From the IMG/VR virus record IMGVR_UViG_3300031133_000383, positions 122,635 to 186,634 of that record: a stretch of 64,000 bases of DNA. One strand, written 5' to 3'. Position 1 is the stretch's first letter. Each line of letters begins with the position of its first letter. The notes under the pieces are model-generated. The model saw nothing but the letters and a program-made list of their open reading frames with translations. It was not told the origin of the DNA and did not search any database. This document shows, piece by piece, positions 10,330-19,977 of this stretch. This stretch comes from a virus (lineage: Duplodnaviria; Heunggongvirae; Uroviricota; Caudoviricetes). The position numbers and the translations under genes are program-made.

Positions 10330-11370
10330 ATGAAATCTTTGAAAAATGAAAAAACCCTCAAACAAATAAAAATAGATAGTTTATTACGTATCAATATTCA
10401 ACCTTCAAATAGCTGTCCTATTATTGATTTACTCTCATACAACCATAAAAATAATGCAATGTTATATGAAATCGATTTTGATACAAAATTGTTAAATATA
10501 GAAAATTACCAATTAATTAATATAACAGACAAATTAAAGTTATGGTCAACTGATATACTAGATTTAGCTTGTGAAACAATTGATAATGTGGAAGACAACG
10601 ACGAGCGAGAAGAAATTAATATACTAATTAATGATTTGAAACAATGTATAAACGATGATAAAACCCATTATCTTTCAATTTTTGATGAACAATTAAAACA
10701 CTTTGTGGAACAATGGACTTTTATTCAGCTTGATTACGATAGTATAGATAACAAGGTCATTTCTGCAAAAAATCGTATTGATAATATTAGAAGTAAAGAA
10801 AACTATCTTGAATCAGATGATGATAACTATGATGCAGAAATTGATACCCATAACCAAGAACTAGATAATGCTCAATATAACTTGTCTGTATTGGAAGGTG
10901 ACCTTGAACAGCTAAAAAGCGATTTTTATTATGATATTGAGACACCTCTTAAATCACTTTTAAATGAATTAACAGCTATACTTGAGTTTACCAGAATGAA
11001 TAATGGATCAATACGTACATTGACAACTGAATTAAAACATTATGTTATCCCGCACCTTTCAAGTGATTATGATTTAACCCAACCTATTGAATACCTAAGA
11101 TCTCTAGAAACTGGTGCATCTGATGAAATATCATTAGGACTGGTTGATGTCTTACATAATGAAGACAGTATTAATAAGATAACTTTTTACTTGAAAGAAC
11201 ACCAAATAATAAATGAATTACAAGTTAAATTGATAAATCAGATAGGTGATATAAATTGCTTGGTTGATATTTTAAAAGAACAAGGTTATAAAATAATACG
11301 TTATTATGATGATTATAAAACTTATATTGAAGCCCATGATTCATTTACAGAAATAAATTTAAGACATTAA
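10330..11370 (+). CDS. acidic coiled-coil hypothetical protein
   Basis: 346 aa; heptad-like segment around residues 140-200. Confidence 0.75.
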   Translation: MKSLKNEKTLKQIKIDSLLRINIQPSNSCPIIDLLSYNHKNNAMLYEIDFDTKLLNIENYQLINITDKLKLWSTDILDLACETIDNVEDNDEREEINILINDLKQCINDDKTHYLSIFDEQLKHFVEQWTFIQLDYDSIDNKVISAKNRIDNIRSKENYLESDDDNYDAEIDTHNQELDNAQYNLSVLEGDLEQLKSDFYYDIETPLKSLLNELTAILEFTRMNNGSIRTLTTELKHYVIPHLSSDYDLTQPIEYLRSLETGASDEISLGLVDVLHNEDSINKITFYLKEHQIINELQVKLINQIGDINCLVDILKEQGYKIIRYYDDYKTYIEAHDSFTEINLRH

Positions 11371-11388
11371 TACTAAAAAAACATGAAT

Positions 11389-11416
11389 AAATAAAGTGGC
11401 CCAAGCCACTTTATTA
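11389..11416. terminator. bidirectional intrinsic terminator
   Basis: AAAGTGGC-ccaa-GCCACTTT between convergent genes. Confidence 0.7.
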
Positions 11417-11420
11417 TCCA

Positions 11421-11822
11421 TTATCTTCTTGGTCCATGACCATTGTTTCCATGGTTGTCAAATCCGCTTCCATTTGGTCTTCCCGGCCCACGATCTGGTC
11501 TATTCCTACCGGGTCTTCCATAATGCTCAAAGTTATGTGGCCTTCCATTGTAATGACCACGAGGTCTATCATTGTAATGATTATTCCAATAGGGTCTTGG
11601 TGGAGCAGGTCTATAGTAAGGTCTTGGATTTACATAAACAGGATAACTTTCGGTATAGATTACCTGTGGACGAGTAACCGTCTCAGTATAAATCATTGAA
11701 CTGCCAGCAGGCACATACTGATAATCGACTGTTTCAGAATAGACAGTATCACTATATGGGTTGACAACACAACCACCTAACATGGCTAAAAAAGGTAATA
11801 CTAGTAAATTTTTCATAGTCAA
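11421..11822 (-). CDS. lipoprotein with Pro/Arg/Gly/His low-complexity tail
   Basis: lipobox LGGC; HYNxRP-type degenerate repeats. Confidence 0.75.
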   Translation of the reverse strand: MTMKNLLVLPFLAMLGGCVVNPYSDTVYSETVDYQYVPAGSSMIYTETVTRPQVIYTESYPVYVNPRPYYRPAPPRPYWNNHYNDRPRGHYNGRPHNFEHYGRPGRNRPDRGPGRPNGSGFDNHGNNGHGPRR

Positions 11823-12020
11823 TCTATTGTTAATTGTTTATATTATATTCCTTATAATTCAAACTTCAAATTCAAAATATGTAAATGTTTTGAAAAGTTC
11901 TATCGATAAATATAACTTGTTTTGAAAATATTTTAGTATACAATACAATAAACACTAAAATATTTTTAGCTTTAAACATTAAGGTTATTGATTTTTATTG
12001 GTTAAACAATAGGGGAGAAA

Positions 12021-12374
12021 ATGAACAAGCCTGCAGTACATAGAAAAAAAAATATAATTGTTGGTATTATCGTTGTCATAGTATTATTTGTTTTTATTGG
12101 TTATACAAGAGAAGCTACTTTTGCTGAAAAAGATGTTGTTATCGATAGTTATAAGCAAGTGACAGTAGATAAAAAGCTAAAAGATATTGCTGTATTGAAG
12201 GATGAGCAAGGCTTTAAATATGAAACTGGTTTTTCATGTTTGAATGGTAGACAACCTGTTGGCTCAAGAATTTCTATTTACACTGAGCAAGATGTTAAAA
12301 CCTATGGATTTTTCTTTAAAACTGAAACTTATAAATCGGTTAAATCAGGTGCTAGTATTTGCATAAAATATTGA
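12021..12374 (+). CDS. membrane-anchored hypothetical protein, probable paralog of 44873
   Basis: GGGGAG SD; one N-terminal TM; two Cys in the soluble part. Confidence 0.75.
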   Translation: MNKPAVHRKKNIIVGIIVVIVLFVFIGYTREATFAEKDVVIDSYKQVTVDKKLKDIAVLKDEQGFKYETGFSCLNGRQPVGSRISIYTEQDVKTYGFFFKTETYKSVKSGASICIKY

Positions 12375-12420
12375 TTTAATATTTTATACATGCTAATATA
12401 TATCATCAGAGGATATTAAC

Positions 12421-12894
12421 ATGTTGAAATCAATCACTAAAATTAACACACAAAACAGTTCTGATTTTTTAACTGGACCTATTCAATTCGGTACTGATTG
12501 GCCGGGAACTTTTTTTACACTTTCTTACATCAATAATCTTGTGGTTAGTCATGATATTGAAGATATACAACCGGTTATTAATGCATTTGATTTTTCAAAG
12601 AACTATATCAATAGTTTCTTAAAGGAATTTATAGAGGTGGGATCATTATTTGAAAATGATGAAAGCTCACAAGACATTGCTTCACGTATACAAATAATTG
12701 AAGTTGATACATTAATGGTAGGTGACAGCACTGTTCAACGTGTTGAAACAGGTATGGTCAATATCAATAATCAAATAGGTTATTTTATTAGAGGCGATAA
12801 TGCAGGATATCTTTTGCAACTATTGTCTATAAAAAAAGACTTGTCACTGGTAGAAAACCAACTTAGATGCTCTTTATCTGGCTGTATCGTTTAA
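12421..12894 (+). CDS. hypothetical protein with internally duplicated motif
   Basis: TGPIQFGTDWPGTFF and RVETGMVNINNQIGYFIRGDNA look like two copies of one unit. Confidence 0.7.
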   Translation: MLKSITKINTQNSSDFLTGPIQFGTDWPGTFFTLSYINNLVVSHDIEDIQPVINAFDFSKNYINSFLKEFIEVGSLFENDESSQDIASRIQIIEVDTLMVGDSTVQRVETGMVNINNQIGYFIRGDNAGYLLQLLSIKKDLSLVENQLRCSLSGCIV

Positions 12895-13653
12895 TCTATC
12901 ATCATAAAAATCAAATATATTCTTTGATATAACACCTTGATTATATTTTTCTTCAAGATCATCTTTGAATGTTGTCTTATTGATTTTTATTAAAGTTTCT
13001 ATATTTTTAATAATGAACTCTTTATTGAATGATTGGTTGTTTATAGAACCTAATGAATTTTTTAAATTTTTATCAATTAGATTTGTTTTATCGTCGTCAG
13101 ACATTATAAAATATTCATTTAATATAAAAGGCCGATTAAATTCATCAAAACATTCATATTGAGATATACAGCCATTAAAAACATCTAAAAATTCTAATAA
13201 CTCATGACTTTCCAATGGAAGAAGATAATCTAAAATATTACTAATACCAGTAGTAGTCATAGTGGTTAACACTGCATGTCCTGTTTGACAGGCTAACAAA
13301 ATATCAGGTATATTTTCATTATTATTTATTTCTTCTATACAGATTATGTTTTGATTTGTTCTGAATGCTGTTTGAATATGTTTATCTAATTCATCTTTTG
13401 ATTCTGACTGCATGGTTCTGATACTTAGATTACTGGGAAATGAACTTGATCTGAAACGATTCGTTTTTTCTAATAAAAGGATTCTTTTAGCAATATTGTG
13501 ATGAAGATAATGATAAATCATAGACCCCATTAATTCAGTTCTATTGTATCCACCAATCACAATAAATCCTGATACTTTCTTAAATATATAGGAATCAAGT
13601 AGTTTTTGAGGTAGTTTTATACTAGTTTTTACATCAATTTGGGGATGAATCAT
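12874..13653 (-). CDS. degenerate PilT/DotB-like P-loop ATPase
   Basis: FRTNQNIICIEEIN and CQTGHAVLTTMTT match the Walker B and His-box regions; Walker A broken (GGYNRT). Confidence 0.65.
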   Translation of the reverse strand: MIHPQIDVKTSIKLPQKLLDSYIFKKVSGFIVIGGYNRTELMGSMIYHYLHHNIAKRILLLEKTNRFRSSSFPSNLSIRTMQSESKDELDKHIQTAFRTNQNIICIEEINNNENIPDILLACQTGHAVLTTMTTTGISNILDYLLPLESHELLEFLDVFNGCISQYECFDEFNRPFILNEYFIMSDDDKTNLIDKNLKNSLGSINNQSFNKEFIIKNIETLIKINKTTFKDDLEEKYNQGVISKNIFDFYDDRLNDTAR

Positions 13654-13777
13654 TTTATATTCCTCTTTTACATCATTATCATAATCATTTTGCTTTAATA
13701 AGTCAATTTCTTATATTTATCTTGTAAGTTATCTATATAAATGATATCATTTATTTTATTTTAATAAGGGGCTTTTT

Positions 13778-15340
13778 ATGAAAAAAATGCAGGAATGGGC
13801 AATTCATACGACACTTGATAATGGATGGGCGACACATCAATTTAATCAGTTTATTTCAAATGCAGATCAATCAGAATTTTTACGTTCTCAGATTCCATTT
13901 TTTTATGCTGTTCAAGCTTTTCCACAAGCATTGTCTAAACTAGCCAGTCAAATTGAAACCAGTGAGCAACGCTGGTTGGTCATTGAAAATCTGTATGAGG
14001 AACACGGACAAGGAAATTTTAAGAAATTCCATACATCAACATTTAAAGAGTTTCTAACAGTATTGGGTTGGAATCAGGAATTATATAGAAATCCATGGGT
14101 TACCGAATGGGTTGATAATGTTTTATCAAAAGACCTATCTGCCGGTGAATATGCTGCTTATCTAGCAGGGATTGAATTTGCTTATGCTCCCATTAGTAAA
14201 ACAATTGCTGACCACATGAACCATTTAGGTTTGATTACTAAACAAAATCACTATGGAAATCATGCTGATCTCGATTGGCTTCATGGTGCTGAATTATTGG
14301 ATGTAGCCTTAAGTCTTTCAGAATCCTATGACAAATTACAGGATGTTTTTAAGCAAGCTCAATATGAATTTTTAGATTTATATTCTCATCTTATCATACC
14401 GACAGCATTTGAAATGAAAGAAATCAATAAAGAAGATATTTCATTTTATTACACTCGCGAAGACAGTGGACCAGAAATATTTGCTGTTTCTAATGCCATT
14501 AATTCAGGAGTTTCAAAACCCTCAATCTTGATGATTGGTTCGGGTGGAGAAACACTTATTGATTTATTGAGTATTCCTAGACCTCTAAATATTGATGTCA
14601 TTGATATGAATTCACATCAATTGGAACTTTGTAAATTTAAAATTTCACAATTATTATCGTTTGATACTTATTCAAATATTGACACTCATTTTTCTGGCAA
14701 GTTTGAAAAGATTTTTTCTCGTATCAGAGAAATTTTCAATTATCAAGGTGAGGATAAGCTTTCTACTTATATTGCAACATCTTCACAAGGACAACAGAAA
14801 CTAAAATACATTGTAAACAACCTGTTTTCCAATGAAAATTTGGCACATGTTTTTAGTGATAGAGCAACAAAATTCTCATCAGAAAGCTTTGCTGATCATT
14901 TTTATAATGTGTTTGTAAAAGCTTGTCAAAATTTCAGACAAAGCCGATCTACAGCAAAAAATATTTTCAATATCATTGATGGTGAAGATATAACGCTATC
15001 AAAACATATGCTAGACGCTTTTAATCTTTATTATCATAATCATTATGTAACTTATACTTTGGGCAATTTTGAAAGTTTAAAGTCAAATGAAAAATATGAT
15101 ATTGTTTCTATCTCAAATATTGGCGACTGGATGCCAATTGAACAGTATAAAGAGTTGTTAGCATCTGTTCGCGAAAAATTGAAACCTAATGGTGTAGTTG
15201 TTGCTAGAAAATTATTAGGCGACTATAGTTTAGAGCAAATTTTACGTGAAAATAGTTTTAAATGTCGTAATATAACTGACAATACTTTCTTTTATTCCGA
15301 AGTCTGCTTGGGATCTTTTGCCGGAAGATCTGGCAATTGA
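13778..15340 (+). CDS. fusion: heme-oxygenase-like diiron oxidase (CADD/PqqC-like) + DUF3419/BtaA-like SAM-dependent transferase
   Basis: ENLYEEHG..H, GIE, HYGNHADLDWLH; C-terminal YTRED, MIGSGGE, IDMNSHQL, SISNIGDWM. Confidence 0.75.
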   Translation: MKKMQEWAIHTTLDNGWATHQFNQFISNADQSEFLRSQIPFFYAVQAFPQALSKLASQIETSEQRWLVIENLYEEHGQGNFKKFHTSTFKEFLTVLGWNQELYRNPWVTEWVDNVLSKDLSAGEYAAYLAGIEFAYAPISKTIADHMNHLGLITKQNHYGNHADLDWLHGAELLDVALSLSESYDKLQDVFKQAQYEFLDLYSHLIIPTAFEMKEINKEDISFYYTREDSGPEIFAVSNAINSGVSKPSILMIGSGGETLIDLLSIPRPLNIDVIDMNSHQLELCKFKISQLLSFDTYSNIDTHFSGKFEKIFSRIREIFNYQGEDKLSTYIATSSQGQQKLKYIVNNLFSNENLAHVFSDRATKFSSESFADHFYNVFVKACQNFRQSRSTAKNIFNIIDGEDITLSKHMLDAFNLYYHNHYVTYTLGNFESLKSNEKYDIVSISNIGDWMPIEQYKELLASVREKLKPNGVVVARKLLGDYSLEQILRENSFKCRNITDNTFFYSEVCLGSFAGRSGN

Positions 15341-15386
15341 TTACCGTAAATATGTCAGTTCTAAATATAGACTATAGGATAACATA

Positions 15387-16193
15387 ATGCATTTTTCAAA
15401 AAAACTACATATTAAAGTTTTAAATCTGAATGATTCGTTGGTTCGAAACAAATACAGTCACCTTCTGATGGAATATGAAAATATTTTCACTTATCCATTG
15501 GGGTCAAGATCTTTTCATATTCGCCATGGTTTTAGTGGTAATTATGACTACTTTTCTTTCTTTGAGCAAATGGGTGAAGTTCACTATATTGTAGCAGAAC
15601 ATGATAGTTGTTTAGTAGCGGCGGGGTGTGCCATATTACGAAATATTAATAACGAAAAAGTGTGGTACTTGTGTGATTTCAAATTAACTCCTGAATATCG
15701 CGGCAAAGGTATTCTTGAAAAGATGTTTAGAAAGTATGTCTTTTCTTTTTATTTGAAATCGCAAAAAATGTTTTTTGTGAACATGAGCACTATTCAGGGC
15801 AATGGTCTTATCAAAAAGGCTTCAAAAATATTCAAGATATTTGGATTAAAAAAAGAAAATCTGTACTTTTTTGAATGGAGTAAGAATGATGTAATACATA
15901 CAGACATAGATTTGACTCAATTTGTTATTTTAACAAATGCTCATAAAAAAGATATTGTAATTGATGATAAATCTTATCCTATTTATCATCTTGTTCAAAA
16001 AAACTCTTATATTGATTTAACAAAATTTGAGAAAATTCATATAAACGACATTTCTGACACGGATACGTTGATGTATTGTGGCGTGAAAAATAGTATCATC
16101 GATCACTTGCTGGTTAATCAACAACCAGCAACTATTGGCAGCTTTGTTTCTCATCGATTTAATACTAGTTTTTTTTCAAGTGCCGAAATCTAA
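15387..16193 (+). CDS. GNAT-family N-acyltransferase
   Basis: motif A WYLCDFKLTPEYRGKGI; 46 nt downstream of the fusion gene. Confidence 0.75.
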   Translation: MHFSKKLHIKVLNLNDSLVRNKYSHLLMEYENIFTYPLGSRSFHIRHGFSGNYDYFSFFEQMGEVHYIVAEHDSCLVAAGCAILRNINNEKVWYLCDFKLTPEYRGKGILEKMFRKYVFSFYLKSQKMFFVNMSTIQGNGLIKKASKIFKIFGLKKENLYFFEWSKNDVIHTDIDLTQFVILTNAHKKDIVIDDKSYPIYHLVQKNSYIDLTKFEKIHINDISDTDTLMYCGVKNSIIDHLLVNQQPATIGSFVSHRFNTSFFSSAEI

Positions 16194-16200
16194 ATTTTTG

Positions 16201-16229
16201 TTGACAATTTTTTGATAACATTAGATAAT
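16201..16229 (+). promoter_or_regulatory. sigma70 promoter
   Basis: TTGACA-N17-GATAAT. Confidence 0.6.
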
Positions 16230-16253
16230 GTAATACTTCAAATAGGAAATTAT

Positions 16254-16307
16254 ATGCAATTTTTAATTATTAAATTATTTTCTGGTATCTTTCGATGTTT
16301 TAACTAA
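16254..16307 (+). CDS. putative 17-aa leader peptide MQFLIIKLFSGIFRCFN
   Basis: AGGAA SD; stop TAA lies at the loop/3' arm of hairpin 16289-16316. Confidence 0.55.
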   Translation: MQFLIIKLFSGIFRCFN

Positions 16308-16316
16308 CATCGGAGG
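16289..16316 (+). promoter_or_regulatory. SD-sequestering hairpin
   Basis: CTTTCGATGTT(16289-99) pairs with AACATCGGAGG(16306-16), 11 bp incl. 2 G-U, covering GGAGG. Confidence 0.65.
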
Positions 16317-16321
16317 TAAGT

Positions 16322-16903
16322 ATGTTTTACACGTATAAGATAAGGTCTTTTGAAGGAAAGTGTTATTATTATTTTTCTAAAGACAGTATATTTAGATTGG
16401 TTGATGATTTTGGAGTTCGTAGTTTTAAACTAGAATTCTGCAATGACTTTATTGTTGGTAGTAAGTCTGGCATCTTACATTCATATCAGAAAAAGCCTCA
16501 CTATTACTATTTTGAAGGTCAAATGTATGAAGACTATGATCATACCCCTGTATATCGTAGTGGAAATTACATTATCAGAAACTATGCAGGACAAATCGTT
16601 GACATTGAAACGTTGGTAGCAGAATATTGTCAGTCTCGAAATATTTACAATAAAAAGAAAAATAAAGCAGTCAAACATAAGGGGTCTAAAAAAAGAAAGT
16701 ATTCTCCAAAAGGAATCAATAGATATTTTTCTGGTATTAAAAATGAATTTTCTCAAAATCTTATTGACGAGTCAGAAGGTTTTGTAAAAATTAGAGGCAA
16801 GAGAAAAAATGCTGTCAAAAGAGACTATGATTATGAATTTTATCGTGAAAATACTAACTCAGTATCATGGAAGTGTACTAATAAAAATAAGCAATGGATG
16901 TGA
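16322..16903 (+). CDS. basic hypothetical protein, distant paralog of 6318
   Basis: IRNYAGQIVDI / IRGKR / SWKCTNKNKQWM parallel LRNEYGENLTI / VRAKR / SWKKYRKTQYK. Confidence 0.75.
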   Translation: MFYTYKIRSFEGKCYYYFSKDSIFRLVDDFGVRSFKLEFCNDFIVGSKSGILHSYQKKPHYYYFEGQMYEDYDHTPVYRSGNYIIRNYAGQIVDIETLVAEYCQSRNIYNKKKNKAVKHKGSKKRKYSPKGINRYFSGIKNEFSQNLIDESEGFVKIRGKRKNAVKRDYDYEFYRENTNSVSWKCTNKNKQWM

Positions 16904-16936
16904 GTCCCTTGCTTTTTTAATAACTCAGAGGCACTA

Positions 16937-17845
16937 ATGACTCATTTATTTTTAAAAAAAATCTACGCAAAGTATTTGACAAAACGTTATAAAGCAACTT
17001 CAAAATCTCACCAAGCTGTATTGTCATTTGGCGAAAGTCGGATAGTCGATTTTGAATGGGTTATTTATCGGCTTTATTTGATAATGCCTTTTGGTAGAAA
17101 AATACAACAATTACGAGCATTTAGAAATGTTTTATCCATGGAGTATGGGGATATTGGTACATTTTCAATATTAATACGATCATCCTTATTTTTATATAAT
17201 TATAGTTTTATAAAAACTCTTAATTTATCTGATGATTATTTTTTGATTGATGAGCAGGAAAGAGTTTTAAATCTGATTTATTTTCTAAGTGGCTATGTGT
17301 TTAATCCCAATAGCACTATACAGAACACTCAACTTCCTCTAAATAAGAACGCCTACAGAAATAGATATTTCAGTTCTTATCATGATGATAAGATGATAAT
17401 GAAAACTATTGAAGATGTTTATAAAGAATTAAGATTGAAATATACAACAAAAGAGCTATTTAATAATAATCCATTATTAGTGGCAAGTCCTTTTTTGATA
17501 CTTAAAAAAAAGGGTGATGTTTTAAAAGGTGTAAATATTAAAATAAAAGAAAGTGATGGTGGACATATTTCCATATTTATATTGAAAAATAATAATGGTG
17601 CTTATTTTTTCAAAATAGAAACTAGTAAAAATGATTTTTCATCCATGTGTAATGATCATTTGGCAGGAAATAATATTTTTCAATATACTCGTTTTATGCA
17701 TAAAATGAAAGAAACAAGCGATTTTTCTGTTATTATAAATGCTATTTCCATGTTTTTTATTAATCATTTTAATCCCTCCTACACATCAAGCAAGCCTTAT
17801 ATGTTGAGAGATAAATACCTTCTTGATATGATCGATTATGATTAA
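16937..17845 (+). CDS. hypothetical protein, MxxPhi motif variant (Met at -5)
   Basis: GAGG SD; ends DKYLLDMIDYD. Confidence 0.75.
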   Translation: MTHLFLKKIYAKYLTKRYKATSKSHQAVLSFGESRIVDFEWVIYRLYLIMPFGRKIQQLRAFRNVLSMEYGDIGTFSILIRSSLFLYNYSFIKTLNLSDDYFLIDEQERVLNLIYFLSGYVFNPNSTIQNTQLPLNKNAYRNRYFSSYHDDKMIMKTIEDVYKELRLKYTTKELFNNNPLLVASPFLILKKKGDVLKGVNIKIKESDGGHISIFILKNNNGAYFFKIETSKNDFSSMCNDHLAGNNIFQYTRFMHKMKETSDFSVIINAISMFFINHFNPSYTSSKPYMLRDKYLLDMIDYD

Positions 17846-17905
17846 TATTTTAATGTACAGACTTGTTCAAACATGATATAATACTGTTCTTTTCAGGGTG
17901 ATAAT

Positions 17906-18535
17906 ATGTTCATAAAAAAGAAATGTTTTTCTAAAATTAAATCAAGCCTTTCATATTTTGGTATTTCACTTTATGATGATTCTATACTGGATGATGAGTT
18001 ATGTTTTAATTATTTATCCAGTTCAATAGGTCCTCTCAAAATCCAGAATATCGAAGATGTTTATATCATTACCCTAGCTGATTATTATCCTAAAGATGGA
18101 GTAATAGTTAACAGTAGGTTAATTAATCCTATATTTGATAAAACAATCAGTATAATTCAGCAGGATATGCAAATCTTTAATGCTGTACTCGGTAACATCT
18201 GGTTTAGTCATACAAATACAGTCAGTCCTATTCAGTTATTAAAGATCTTGTGTGTCAGTCCTTTATTGAAAGTATCTGCTCGTACAAAAGTCAATCAACC
18301 TGAATTTGATGTTCATTTTAGCCTATATGAAACTGTTTATTCTTTAGATATTGGTAATAAACAAAAAATTTCAAAAAGTGATTATTATTTCGGATATAAA
18401 GATTTTAAACTACTTAAAGAATATGGTGATTATCAACAGTTGACCCATGATATAATTGAAGGATATGGTCTTTCAGATGAATTTAACATTGATTTCAGTC
18501 GTCTAGGGGAATTAAAAATAATGGAACTTTATTAA
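17906..18535 (+). CDS. hypothetical protein, C-terminal MxxPhi motif family
   Basis: ends LGELKIMELY. Confidence 0.75.
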   Translation: MFIKKKCFSKIKSSLSYFGISLYDDSILDDELCFNYLSSSIGPLKIQNIEDVYIITLADYYPKDGVIVNSRLINPIFDKTISIIQQDMQIFNAVLGNIWFSHTNTVSPIQLLKILCVSPLLKVSARTKVNQPEFDVHFSLYETVYSLDIGNKQKISKSDYYFGYKDFKLLKEYGDYQQLTHDIIEGYGLSDEFNIDFSRLGELKIMELY

Positions 18536-18654
18536 AGTAATAAAGAAAAAAATCAGAAATTTATAACAGTAAATGTTTAGTATGATTGAAATGTTGTATA
18601 ATATAGCAGGTTCATTTGTGTTTTAATCGCATAAGAATAACAATCAATTTCGGT

Positions 18655-19041
18655 TTATTTTTTTATCAGGTTTCTGCTGCAATAATAATAAAGAGAATCT
18701 TTTTTAATACTCTTGAATCTTATATTATCAGCATCCGACTCTTTAACTCTTGCCAATTTTTCTTTACCATCAAAAAATATGTACTCATTTTCTACTTTCT
18801 TACTATATTTAGGAAAATAACTTGATTCTTTTTTATTGTTTACAGAAAAGTAGTTTTCTGTAATTGTTAAAGATATTTTGGATTTTTTATCTTTTGTGAT
18901 ACAAGACCAGTCTCCAATGAACTTATAATCTTCTGGTTTACCTTCTGTTAAAGCCATATACAATAGGATAGTTATCGTAACGATTGAAAACGCTAACAAA
19001 CTTAAAATTCTTGCATAGTTGATTTGATTATTAAACTGCAT
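18655..19041 (-). CDS. membrane-anchored protein, possible lipocalin-like fold
   Basis: N-terminal TM then FIGDW (GxW) motif. Confidence 0.65.
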   Translation of the reverse strand: MQFNNQINYARILSLLAFSIVTITILLYMALTEGKPEDYKFIGDWSCITKDKKSKISLTITENYFSVNNKKESSYFPKYSKKVENEYIFFDGKEKLARVKESDADNIRFKSIKKDSLYYYCSRNLIKK

Positions 19042-19100
19042 CTATATAGGCTCCTGTACATTCAATATAATAATGGATTAGAGACACAAGTCAATATAAT

Positions 19101-19128
19101 ATAAAAACTCTTCGAAAAGAGTTTTTAT
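19101..19128 (-). terminator. intrinsic terminator of oprH-like gene
   Basis: AAAAACTCT...AGAGTTTTT inverted repeat just past stop. Confidence 0.65.
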
Positions 19129-19143
19129 TCATTTTAAATGCTA

Positions 19144-19749
19144 TTAAAAATGATAATTCAACGCTACATATACTTGCTTGTTATTTTTAAGAGTAGCTGA
19201 TCCTACTTTCTCACTATCGTCTTTAAAATCAACTTTGTTATTGTTGAGCATATATTTAAGACCACCTTCAACTTCAAAGTTTTCGCCTACATTTTGGAGC
19301 AGTCCAACCTGACCACCATAGGTTAAGCCATAGGATCTGTCAGTAGATAAACCACCTGTATTGGTTTCAAGCTTGTTAATGCCCGCTGATACCCCAGCAA
19401 AGGCTCTTGTACCATAGTCATTCAATAAATAAAGATAATCGGCAGATCCAACTAAATTTTCTTGGATCAGTTTATTATGGTGTGCCGCACCTGATGTGTA
19501 ATCATACGATCCGTAGAATCTTCTATCTCCTAAATCTTTACCGGCTCTTACTCCCCATGTATTATCTTTATTGAATATATTATTGAAATCACTATATTCA
19601 AAATTATCTTTTGCGGTTTGACTGCTGGTTACTCTTGACCATGTTTTTCCCGCTGATGCACCTACAAATGTTGAGTCTGCATTGGCTAAACCAATGTAGC
19701 CTATTGAACTAATTGACATAATTGCTGTTGCAAGCATTAATTTTTTCAT
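19144..19749 (-). CDS. oprH: OprH-like 8-stranded outer-membrane beta-barrel
   Basis: signal peptide; TWGVRAG, NKLIQENLVGS, EGGLKY and C-terminal VALNYHF align with recalled P. aeruginosa OprH. Confidence 0.75.
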   Translation of the reverse strand: MKKLMLATAIMSISSIGYIGLANADSTFVGASAGKTWSRVTSSQTAKDNFEYSDFNNIFNKDNTWGVRAGKDLGDRRFYGSYDYTSGAAHHNKLIQENLVGSADYLYLLNDYGTRAFAGVSAGINKLETNTGGLSTDRSYGLTYGGQVGLLQNVGENFEVEGGLKYMLNNNKVDFKDDSEKVGSATLKNNKQVYVALNYHF

Positions 19750-19917
19750 AGACTTTCTTCCTCTTTAAGGGTTGATTTCTAGATATGCTAGCATAAAGAT
19801 TATATAAATCAATAGTTTATCTTTTTTTTCATAATACATTATCTATGGTTTTTTTCTATTTTTACTTTATATAATGAAAAATAATATCATCAAAAATGGA
19901 TTAAAAATCTTAAATAA

Positions 19918-19946
19918 TTGACTATACGGATTCATTTTGATATAAT
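19918..19946 (+). promoter_or_regulatory. sigma70 promoter
   Basis: TTGACT-N17-TATAAT. Confidence 0.75.
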
Positions 19947-19977
19947 TTCAACACTTTATTTATAGGTGGAGAATAGC

